Part shown: positions 10,486 to 20,000 of the stretch, in pieces
How the letters are laid out: the number at the start of each line of letters is the position of its first letter
Numbering within the stretch: position 1 is the stretch's first letter
The notes under the pieces: generated by a model
The model's input: the letters and a program-made list of their open reading frames with translations, nothing else
The model's database searches: none
What the model was told of the DNA's origin: nothing
Position numbers and translations under genes: made by a program
NCBI GenBank assembly: GCA_048128005.1
Contig: JBEUKZ010000137.1
Span: 364,748-384,747, forward strand
Reading direction: 5' to 3'
Length of the DNA: 20,000 nt
DNA from: Veleropilina oligotropha
Taxonomy: Eukaryota

Positions 10486-10770
10486 AAGCTAATCATTGCC
10501 AAGCAAGACTGGCCCCGCCGTCAAATCAAAGAAGCCATTTACATCAGGCAACAGAAACCCACCATGAACTGGGACCAGGGCTACCACCTCCCGGCCGTCT
10601 GCACATCGATGCTCCTGCCACTTAGGGAGTCGCGCCACAAACCGTCATTACGTGGCCAGGTCCGCAGTAGACGTTGTCATCGTTTCGGAAAAAAACTTCA
10701 AAGGAATTAAGTCTATATTTGCTCTTTACTATCCGTGTCATTCTTGAAACCATGAACAATTTATTTCATA
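10486..10770 (+). mobile_element. Penelope-like element remnant: GIY-YIG endonuclease C-terminus plus 3' flank
   Basis: KLIIAKQDWPRRQIKEAIYIRQQKPTMNWDQGYHLP matches the R..KEAI.I....P.LN.D.G..LP motif that ends PLE GIY-YIG domains. The 3' limit is approximate. Confidence 0.82.
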
Positions 10771-11285
10771 ATTTACTATCACGTTTATGCTTCAGTTGCG
10801 AAGAGCAACAGGCGAAGAACAAGTCTCTTACTATTATCCTATACCCCTATCAAAATGGTTACATGGAACCAACACTTAAGATTAATTTTGAATAACATGG
10901 CATCTGGGGAGGGGGGGGGGGTATTATTTGGTATTGGGAAGTTGGGATGTTGACGTTAAAATAAAGACGGTATATATATATATATTAGTCGATTGGTTCA
11001 ATTTTTCAACATAATATATTTTGAATGCACGCCAATCGTTGGTATGCTACTAGATCTATCATTGCTGACATAATATGACGTACATTGCCTCAAAATATTA
11101 AAAACTCTTGTAGTTATAATAGGCGAAATGACTTTATATAGACTTGACCCCGCTGCCAGATCGCCTAGTCAATGCATTAATTGTGTTTTGTATTAAAGCA
11201 AATAATGTTTAAACATGACCAAAACTATCATTTTGTATTGGATTTCAGAATTAATAAGCTATATAATTATATGTATTCCTGATGC

Positions 11286-11421
11286 ATCACCAGTAGCACA
11301 CCTTATCACTAGTAGCACACCTTATCACTAGTAGCACACCTTATCACTAGTAGCACACCTTATAACTAGTAGCACACCTTATCACTAGTAGCACACCTTA
11401 TCACTAGTAGCACACCTTATC
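11286..11421. repeat. Minisatellite, 19-bp unit ATCACTAGTAGCACACCTT x7
   Basis: Seven head-to-tail units plus 3 bp; single substitutions in units 1 and 5. Confidence 0.97.
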
Positions 11422-11499
11422 GAATTGCCTGTGCCTGACATATATTATTAACTCAGTCATGTTTGAATTCAGGATTTTTACGCAATTTCTGATTTGGAA

Positions 11500-11717
11500 T
11501 GGATCGATGCTTAAAGTCCTGTATATTTACAACCTTCATGTTAAAAGCAGGACATGTCCATATTATCGTGGAAGGAAAGCCCCGTCGCCAGGAAAGCCAC
11601 ACTCTCCGATCAGTTACGGACAACTGTGATTGCTACTTGAACAAAGAATACCATTGCCCCAACCGAGATTCGAACGCACTCCTGCTAGTCAGGTCTGTCA
11701 AACCAGTGATTTCCGAG
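11500..11717 (-). mobile_element. tRNA-derived SINE, copy B (diverged; 5' end lost at the A-box region)
   Basis: Collinear with copies A/C/D (GATGCTTAA..CCTGTATATTTACA..GCAGGACATGT..ACGGACAACTGTGATT..TTCGAAC..CAGTGATTT). Similarity stops at 11717. Confidence 0.85.
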
Positions 11718-12247
11718 ATGTAGTTTTTGTTGTCTGGTAATTGCATTTGCTAGCCCACCGTTCATGAGATCCTATTACACCACATTTGTGTCGTGTTTGT
11801 GACAAATTATTTTCTCAAATCTGTATTATGAAATATCACACAGATAATTATACCCCAGAGGCGAAGACAATATTTTATAGAGTTAATTGCTACCGTCTGC
11901 TGCAAAAGGTTGGTACATATTTTTCATCAACATGGACCCTCTGGGACACATCGATGGTGGCCAGCTTTCTGGAAAATTGACATGGACTCTTTAATATGGC
12001 GATTTACGAAGTTTTTCATCTGCTTAAGTGCACAAAAAATGATGCACATGTCCAAACCGAGTAATTGTCAATAATGTGATACCTTTCTCCCAAAACAGTT
12101 ATAATGAACAAAAACACATTTATTATTTATCAACTGCATTACATAATGTAATTCATTAAATATTCATAAATGATTCTCATTATGGTTTTTGAGCAAAAAA
12201 TGACGACAAATCACGGATCTGTACCAACGTGAGACAACGTGAGATAT

Positions 12248-12696
12248 CAGGCGCGGATCCAGGAATTTCGTTTGGGGGGGGGGGGGCGCGCTGAATTTAC
12301 TATCAACTGTTCGCGTGGGGGCGGGGCGCCACGCGAAAGAAAATTTTGAGAATCAACAGCCTGAAGCCCCCTCTCCTGCACTCTGACAGGTCAAAAGCGA
12401 TATTTCATTCTAACTTTTTATGAACCACCGTCAATCAAATAGCACGAGTCAAATTTTTAGCTTATTTTGTCATAATCGAATTGTTCGCGTAGGGTCGGCG
12501 CCCCACGCGCAAGAAAATTTTGCCAATTAACGATGTGAAATCCCCCCCCTCCTACATTATTACATTGCAACAGCCTATTTATAATGTTCTGAAAGTCCTT
12601 TGTATCAGATTATACATATTATTTTAGTATGCTTGGCCAACTTTAGGGGGGCGGGCGCCGGGTGCGCCCCCCCCCCCCCCAATGGATCCGCGCCTA
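12248..12696. mobile_element. hAT-like MITE
   Basis: TIRs CAGGCGCGGATCCA / TGGATCCGCGCCTA with sub-terminal poly-G and poly-C runs. Internal ~75-bp imperfect direct repeat (~12308-12380 and ~12482-12557). The putative 8-bp TSD matches at only 5/8 positions. Confidence 0.8.
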
Positions 12697-12975
12697 TCAT
12701 ATAGTAGGTAAACGCGGAATGGTGATAATGAGATTAATCTAATCATGATACAGTATTAACAAACATTCAACAAAATATGACAATAGGCTTACAAAGATTG
12801 TCTCAGAATATAAATATTAAAATATATGCGACAAGACACTTGCTTTCACGTATAATATGTGGATTTCGACTAACGTATCGGAATTATATTTACCTCTATT
12901 TTGGCAATTCAACATAATGGTGTAGGATATAATGCTATGCTAATCAATGTAGTTTTACGACCACATATTAGACAA

Positions 12976-13652
12976 TTTATTATTATTATTATTATTATTT
13001 AATACATTTATAATGCGCCTATTCTAGTGTAGCTCTAAGCGCAGTACAAACCATAACTAATATTACAGTACAATGTACACAGGAATATACCGGAGAGACA
13101 TCAATGATACATACTATGAATGCAAAAATAATAAACAGAAGATTTTTTTGTTGAGTATTTTTTATTTTATTAATTTTTTTACAAGCGCAATCAGACAAAG
13201 AGATGAAGCAGCCACCAGCATGAACTTCAACCAACTTTGAATGGTACATATGATGAATGTTATAAGCAATAACAATAAACAGATGTGAAGCAGTCATTAC
13301 TGTCCTCCACTACTACGATGTCAGCTGAATTGTTAGTGAGATTTGATCAGGTTGGCATATACATCAGCAAATAGGTGTGTTTTCAACGTCTTCCGAAAAC
13401 TTGTCTGAGATGTGCTTTCCTTTACTTTGTTCCAGAGTTTTGGGGCATTGTTGATAAATGCTCTATCGCCATATTTATTCATTGTTCTATTCTCTGTCAA
13501 CTGTTGTAATTGCTGCGACCTAAGTGCTCTAATAGGTGATATTGAGCCAGAAGTTCAATAATATATCCAGGCGCTTTTCCTTGAAGAGAATTGTAAACGA
13601 ATGTAAGAATTTTGAAGATAATCCGTTTCTCAACAGGGAGCCAGTGTAGGCT
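12976..13652 (-). mobile_element. L2-clade LINE, 5'-truncated (RT C-terminus, 3' UTR, (TAA)n tail)
   Basis: Minus-strand 13649->13333 reads LHWLPVEKRIIFKILTFVYNSLQGKAPGYI..(frameshift)..RALRS..YGDRAFINNAPKLWN..FRKTLKTHLF..*. The 3' end GCGCTTAGAGC..AGGCGCATTATAAAT is followed by (TAA)n at 12976-12999. Confidence 0.9.
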
Positions 13653-13877
13653 GGTTTTTCGATTGTTTTTGATCTAGAACGACCACAAAAGTTACAAAAT
13701 AATTATTTTTTAAACTCCTATAAATATTTTTTGCATAATTCCCCTGTTCCTCCACATTTGTCTGTAACTAACTTGCAGATACTGAGGTCTTATCTCACTC
13801 TGTATAGTTATATAATTGTTCTCTATTGTATTGGCTCCCATTTTATATGCTTCCAAACTTCATATTTCACCTTTTTT

Positions 13878-14075
13878 CGGGAGTCAAGTTGATATGAGCG
13901 TTGGTTTTCAAGTCACTCGCTTGACTGCTCTGTCTAACAGGAGTGGGTTCGATCCTTGACTGAGCACTTTTTAATTAGCAATCATATATGTACATAGCTG
14001 GACGGTGAGAGCGATTGTTCACGGGCTACTGAGATTTCCTCCCGCGACGATATGAGCATGTCCCTCTATGAACAT
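13878..14075 (+). mobile_element. tRNA-derived SINE, copy E (old, diverged relative), tail-to-tail with copy C
   Basis: B-box GGGTTCGATCC at 13945-13955, preceded by TCACT..CTTGAC..AACAGGAGT. TTTCCTCCCGCGACGATATGAGCATGTCC is homologous to TTTCCTCCCGCGATAACACGGACATGTCC of copy D. Confidence 0.7.
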
Positions 14076-14089
14076 GAAAAGGAAAAGTA

Positions 14090-14592
14090 AAGGACCGATG
14101 CTTAAAATGTCCTGTATATTTCCAACCATCATTTGGCTCAAAGCAGGACATGTACGTATTATCGCGGGAGGAAAGCCCGGTCGCCCGGGTAAACTCGCCC
14201 TCTCCGATCAGTGACGGACAACTGTGATTCATAATTTGAACAAATGTATGATGCCCCTGCCGAGGTTCGAACCCACTACTGTTCGCGTGATCGGAATCAA
14301 GTCAGTGATTTTCGGAGTCCACAACCGAAACCACACGACTGTCGGAGTCCACAACCGATACCACACGACTGTCGGAGTCCACAACCGATACCACACGACT
14401 GTCGGAGTCCACAACCGATACCACACGACTGTCGGAGTCCACAACCGATACCACACGACTGTCGGAGTCCACAACCGATACCACACGACTGTCGGAGTCC
14501 ACAACCGATACCACACGACTGTCGGAGTCCACAACCGATACCACACGACTGTCGGAGTCCACAACCGATACCACACGACTGTCGAATCGGCC
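14090..14592 (-). mobile_element. tRNA-derived SINE, copy C, carrying a tandem amplification of its 5' A-box region
   Basis: Starts GGCCGATTCG (14592). B-box GGTTCGAACCTC. Body is collinear with copies A/D. Confidence 0.92.
14311..14584. repeat. 30-bp tandem repeat GTCGGAGTCCACAACCGATACCACACGACT x9 inside SINE copy C
   Basis: Eight identical units (14341-14580) plus one variant unit (14311-14340); no spacers. Confidence 0.98.
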
Positions 14593-15059
14593 TCGCTGTA
14601 AAAGGGACAATAAACATCGGTGCAAACAAAACTCATTTTTTCGATTTTGGATGACATCATAATATGTGCCACCGAGGTTACAGAACAAGAATTTTGTGGA
14701 TTTCATTAGATGTGGCAAAGTAGAAATTCGACCCCTTTAATATGACACTGGCAGTCACATTGTGTATCAGACAGAAAGAACAACACTATTTAACAAGAAA
14801 ACATGTATAACTAACTCTCCACCTGAACTAAACATGTTTATTTGCCGATGCGAATCTTTAGACATGCATAAGAGCTAATATATCCATTGTTGAAGCTGTT
14901 CATAAATTCATAAAAGACACAAAAAGATTCAAGTTATAACTGCTTTCAAAATATATTTCTAGACAAACTTATGTATATATATGCATGTATACGTTTATGT
15001 ACTTTGTATAAAATCTATTTATTGATGTAATGTAAATTATCATTAAGTGCTTACAACAA

Positions 15060-15322
15060 GGCCGCTTCGGCAGCACAGTGGGTAGATTGTCCACTCTAAC
15101 TTCACTGGCTTGATTCCGCTAATGCGAACAGTAGTGGGTTCAATACCTGGCTGAGGCATTGACATTTGTTCAAGTTATGAATCACAGTTGTTCGCGACTG
15201 GCCGAAGAGGGCGGGTTTACCCGGGCGACCGGGGTTTCCTCCCGCGATAACACGGACATGTCCTGCCTTGAACCTCGATGTTGTAAATATACAGGTCATT
15301 AAGCATCATTTCTCCCTCCTCC
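15060..15322 (+). mobile_element. tRNA-derived SINE, copy D (apparently full length) with CT-rich tail
   Basis: GGCCGC start, A-box-like GGCAGCACAGTGG, B-box GGTTCAATACC. Central GGGTTTACCCGGGCGACCGGGGTTTCCTCCC resembles the V-SINE core. Tail TCTCCCTCCTCC. 10-bp TSD CTTACAACAA at 15050-15059 and 15323-15332. Confidence 0.92.
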
Positions 15323-16446
15323 CTTACAACAACGTTAATGTTACTTCGACAGATTAACATTACTCTCATTATTGACAATATACAATATACACCTTTACAT
15401 AAATTATGTAAATGCTGTGTCTTTTTCGGAAAGGACTAGTTTATCCTTTTGGCCAATCTGTCTGATTGCAATTGTTTAAAGCAGTCATATTGGATTAGGT
15501 AACCGCGCAAATATACTCCCAGCGCCTTAAATTCATTATATTGCAATATAGATGAATATTTCAGCACGATCAATGGAGAATTTCGAGTATAGTAATTTGT
15601 AAGAGAGGGACGAAAAGATAGAATATATAAAGGAGTAAGAAAGGGTATTATAAGAGAGAAGGTCCCCTAGTTTAATTCAGCCTCACAAATATTCAACTTG
15701 CGAACCGTCGTTGGGACGTATCCTAAAGAATTACGTTTTAGCCTCTGGTTGTTTGTCTGTCCGTTAGCATCATTCCTAATATTACTGGACATTTCAAGGT
15801 ATGGGTTTAATTATCGGCTGCAGATAGTTACTAATCTACGGAAGCCGTGGGTATCTTACAAGTACGACGTTAACTCAACACACAAATCGCACTGTTGTAT
15901 TATAAATATTGGGAATTTTTGTTGACAGATAAACTATATTAAAACTAACCAACGATGACATTACTGCAATTTGGATGATTATTAATATTAATAAAACACA
16001 TTGGAAATGTATAAAGTATTTTTTAATCTGATTTAATATCTACGGCAAACCGATTATATGTAGATACCATGCATGATTTCAAATGTTTTCTGATATTCAA
16101 GTGAGATTATTTTGTGTGTCAGACTGACATATGCCATAGAAACTATTTGGGGTGAAAATAACGAATTTTAGTTTACATTTTAAATACAAATAATCTTATA
16201 TTCTTTGTAATAATCTGAAATTATTGTATTTAACTATTAGTCTGATTTAATAATTAAACAAATGTTAATTATACGTAAATGATTGAGTTGATTGGAGAGC
16301 TGTTAATCGGTATTTACAGCATTTCAACCGAGTATTATGTTTTTGTATTTAGGGACATATCAGTCGGATTTATTTTCCCTATGGGATCCGCCAGTCGCAC
16401 ATTTGTGGGACTGAACTAAACCAGGAGACAGACAATCTCCTGGAGA

Positions 16447-19400
16447 CCTCTCCCCCGCCTCTCTCTCCCCCTGCCTCTCTCTCTCTCTCTCTCTCTCTCC
16501 CCCCCGCCTCTCTCTCCCCCCCGCCTCTCTCTCCCCCCCGCCTCTCTCTCCCCCCCCGCCTCTCTCCCCCCCCGCCTCTCTCTCCCCCCCCGCCCTCTCT
16601 CCCCCCCGCCTCTCTCCCCCCGCCTCTCTCTCCCCCCCGCCTCTCTCCCCCCCGCCTCTCTCTCCGCCCCCTCTCCCCTCTCCCTCCCTCTCCCCCTTCC
16701 CCCCTCTCCCCCCCCTCTCCCCCCCTCTCCCCCCTCTCCCCCCCTCTCCCCCCTCTCCCCCCTCTCTCCTCTCTCTCTCTCTCTCTCCCTCTCTCCCTCT
16801 CTCCCTCTCTCCCTCCCTCCCTCTCCCTCTCTCTCTCCCTCTCTCCCTCTCTCCCCTCTCCCTCCCACCCTCTCCCTCCCTCCCTCTCTCTCTCTCCCTC
16901 TCTCCCTCTCTCCCTCTCTCCCTCTCTCCCTCTCTCCCTCTCCCTCCCTCCCTCCCTCCCTCTCCCTCTCCCTCCCTCCCTCCCTCCCTCCCTCCCTCCC
17001 TCCCTCTCTCTCCCTCTCACCCTCTCCCTCTCTCCCTCTCTCCCTCCCCCCTCTCCCTCCCTCCCTCCCTCCCTCCTCCCTCCCTCCCACCCTCCCTCTC
17101 CTCTCTCCCTCCCTCTCCCTCTCCTCTCTCTCTCTCTCCCCTCACCTCCCTCTCTCCCTCCCTCCCTCTCTCCCTCCCTCCCTCTCTCCCTCTCTCCCTC
17201 TCTCCCTCTCTCCCTCTCTCCCTCCCTCTCTCCCTCTCTCCTCTCCCTCTCTCCCCTCTCTCTCCCTCTCTCTCCCTCTCCTCCCTCTCCCTCCCTCTCC
17301 CTCCCTCCCTCCCTCTCCCTCTCCTCCCTCCCTCCCTCCCTCTCCCTCTCCCTCCCTCCCCTCCCTCTCCCTCTCCCTCCCCCTCCCTCCCTCCCTCTCC
17401 CTCTCCCTCCCTCCCTCCCTCTCCCTCTCCCTCCCTCCCTCCCTCCCTCTCTCCCTCTCACCCTCTCCCTCTCTCCCTCTCTCCCTCCCCCCCTCTCCCT
17501 CCTCCCTCCCTCCCTCCCTCCCTCCCTCTCTCCCTCTCTCCCTCTCTCCTCCATCTCCACTCTCTCCCTCTCTCCTCTCTCCCTCTCTCTCTCTCCCTCT
17601 CTCCCTCTCTCCCTCTCTCCCTCTCTCCCTCTCTCCCTCCCCCCCTCTCTCCCTCTCTCCCTCTCTCCCTCTCTCCCTCTCTCCCTCTCCCTCTCTCCCT
17701 CTCTCCCTCTCCCTCCCTCTCCCTCCCTCCCTCCCTCTCCCTCTCCCTCCCTCCCTCCCTCTCCCTCTCTCCCTCCCTCTCCCTCTCTCTCTCTCCCCCT
17801 CTCTCCCTCTCTCCCTCTCTCCCTCCCTCTCTCCCTCTCTCCCTCTCTCCCTCCCTCTCTCCCTCTCTCCCTCTCTCCCTCCCTCCCTCTCTCCCTCTCT
17901 CCCTCTCTCCCTCTCTCCCTCTCCCTCCCTCTCCCTCCCTCTCCCTCCCTCCCTCTCCCTCTCCCTCCCTCCCTCTCCCTCTCCCTCCCTCCCTCCCTCC
18001 CTCCCTCCCTCCCTCCCTCTCTCCCTCTCCCTCTCCCTCTCTCCCTCTCTCCCTCCCTCCCTCCCCCCTCTCCCTCCCTCCCTCCCTCCCTCCCTCCCTC
18101 CCTCCCTCCCTCTCCCTCTCTCCCTCTCTCCCTCTCTCCTCTCTCCCTCTCTCCCTCTCTCCCTCTCTCTCTCCCTCTCTCCCTCTCTCCCTCTCTCCCT
18201 CTCTCCCTCTCTCCCTCCTCTCCCTCCCCCCTCTCTCCCTCTCTCCCTCTCTCCCTCTCTCCCTCTCTCCCCTCTCCCTCCCTCTCCCTCCCTCCCTCCC
18301 TCTCCCTCTCCCTCCCTCCCTCCCTCTCCCTCTCCCTCCCTCCCTCCCTCCCTCCCTCTCTCCCTCTCACCCTCTCCCTCTCTCCCTCTCTCCCTCCCCC
18401 CTCTCCCTCCCTCCCTCCCTCCCTCCCTCCCTCCCACCCTCCCTCTCCCTCTCTCCCTCCCTCTCCCTCTCTCCCTCTCTCCCTCTCTCTCTCTCGCTCC
18501 CTCTCTCCCTCCCTCTCCCCCCTCCCTCCCTCCCTCTCTCCCTCCCACCCTCTCCCTCTCTCCCTCTCTCCCTCCCCCCTCTCCCCTCTCTCCCTCCCTC
18601 CACCCTCTCTCCCTCTCTCCCTCTCTCCCTCTCTCCCTCTCTCCCGCTCTCCCTCTCTCCCTCTCTCCCCCCTCTCTCCCTCCCCCCTCTGTCCCTCCCT
18701 CCTTCTCTCCCTCCCCTCCCTCCCCGTCCCTCCCATCTCTCCCTCTCCCTCTCTCCCTCTCCCTCTCTCCCCCTCTCCCTCTCTCTCTCCCTCTCTCCCT
18801 CTCCCTCCCTCCCTCCCCCCTCTCCCTCCCTCCCTCCCTCTCCCTCTCCCTCCCTCCCTCCCTCTCTCCCTCTCTCCCTTTCTCTCTCTCTCCCTCTCTC
18901 CATATCTCCCTCCCTCTCTCCCTCGCTCTCTCTCTCCCTCCCTCTCTCCCTCCCTCCCCTCTCTCCCTCCCTCCCCTCTCTCCCATCTCTCCCTCTCCCT
19001 CTCTCCCTCACCCTCTCTCCCTCCCTCCCTCCTCCCTCCCTCCCTCCCTCCCTCCCTCCCTCCCTCCCTCTCCCCCTCTCCCTCCCTCCCTCCCTCTCCC
19101 TCCCTCCCCCCTCCCTCCCTCCCCCCTCTCCCTCCCTCCCTCCCTCTCCCTCTCCCTCCCTCCCTCCCTCCCTCCCTCCCTCCCTCCCTCCCTCTCCCTC
19201 TCCCTCTCGCCCTCTCTCCCTCTCTCCCCTCTCTCTCTCTCCCTCTCTCCATATCTCCCTCCCTCTCTCCCTCGCTCTCTCTCTCCCTCCCCTCTCTCCC
19301 TCCCTCCCCTCTCTCCCTCTCCCTCTCTCCCTCCCTCTCCCTCTCTCCCTCCCTCCCTCCCTCCCTCTCCCTCTCTCCCTCTCTCCCTCTCTCCCTCTCT

Positions 19401-20000
19401 CTCTCTCTCCCTCTCTTCATATCTCCCTCCCTCTCTCCCTCGCTCCCTCCCTCCCTCCCTCCCTCCCTCCCTCTCCCTCCCTCTCCCCCTCTCCCTCCCT
19501 CCCTCCCTCTCCCTCTCCCTCCCTCCCTCCCTCCCTCCCTCCCCCTCTCCCTCCCTCCCTCCCTCCCTCTCCCTCTCCCTCCCTCCCTCCCTCCCTCTCC
19601 CTCTCTCCCTCTCTCCCTCTCCCTCTCTCCTCTCTCCCTCTCTCCCTCTGTCCCTCTCTCCCTCTCTCCCTCTCTCTCTCTCTCTCCCTCTCTCCATATC
19701 TCCCTCCCTCTCTCCCTCGCTCTCTCTCTCTCCCTCCCCTCTCTCCCTCCCTCCCCTCTCTCCCTCTCCCTCTCTCCCTCTCCCTCTCTCCCTCCCTCTC
19801 CCTCTCTCCCTCCCTCCCTCCCTCCCTCCCTCTCCCTCTCTCCCTCTCTCCCTCTCTCCCTCTCTCCCTCTCTCTCTCTCTCTCCCTCTCTCCATATCTC
19901 CCTCCCTCTCTCTCTCCCTCGCTCTCTCTCTCCCTCCCCTCTCTCCCTCCCTCCCCTCTCTGCCTCTCCCATCTCTCCCTCTCCCTCTCTCCCTCACCCT
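16447..20000. repeat. Very long polypyrimidine/polypurine compound microsatellite (CT, CTCC, CTCTCC units), open at window end
   Basis: >3.5 kb almost solely C/T on the + strand, with rare A/G marker variants. Confidence 0.98.

Noticed and set aside
10620..10770. Hammerhead ribozyme expected in Penelope-like terminal repeats
   Set aside because: I found no CTGANGA...GAAA core here; absent or too decayed to call.
11286..11421. CRISPR-like short repeat
   Set aside because: No spacers; a simple minisatellite.
14311..14584. CRISPR-like array of 30-bp repeats
   Set aside because: Units are head-to-tail with no unique spacers, no cas genes, eukaryotic context, and the unit derives from a SINE head.
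14224..14718. Five overlapping ORFs with 10-aa repeats
   Set aside because: A by-product of a 30-bp unit lacking stops in most frames.
15060..15160. tRNA gene
   Set aside because: A/B-box-like motifs are present, but there is no convincing cloverleaf and it continues into a SINE body with TSDs.
1..15322. Uni-strand piRNA-cluster-like TE trap
   Set aside because: Retroelement orientations are mixed (DIRS, L2 and three SINEs on minus; CR1-like, Penelope-like and two SINEs on plus), so there is no strand bias.
16379..19997. Long minus-strand ORFs (1197, 614, 329, 224, 214 aa) of Gly/Glu/Arg
   Set aside because: A purine-only strand cannot contain stop codons, so several frames are open; these are repeat artefacts.

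Overview
This is eukaryotic (animal, probably invertebrate) genomic DNA made almost entirely of transposable elements and repeats; I could not support any intact host gene. It contains: (1) the 5' part of a decayed DIRS-type retrotransposon on the minus strand (~1-3960; RT with YLDDW, gag remnant, long leader); (2) a cluster of non-autonomous DNA transposons at 4451-7835, including a 9-bp-TSD Mutator-like element nested in a TTAA piggyBac-like element and a 57-bp-stem hairpin nested in a long-TIR MITE; (3) remnants of a CR1/Crack-type LINE, an L2 LINE, a Penelope-like GIY-YIG element, a DINE-1/HINE-like element and a hAT-like MITE; (4) five copies of one tRNA-derived SINE family, whose A-box region is deleted in one copy, truncated in another and amplified 9-fold in a third; (5) a 19-bp minisatellite; (6) a >3.5-kb polypyrimidine/polypurine tract running off the window end. 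The long Gly/Glu/Arg ORFs and the 14.2-14.7 kb ORFs are repeat artefacts, and there is no CRISPR array. I see no convincing new multi-gene system. The most unusual signals are the SINE promoter amplification, the palindromic CGCG-type motifs at the DIRS terminus and the structured purine/pyrimidine tract. Family assignments come from motif recall, not database searches.
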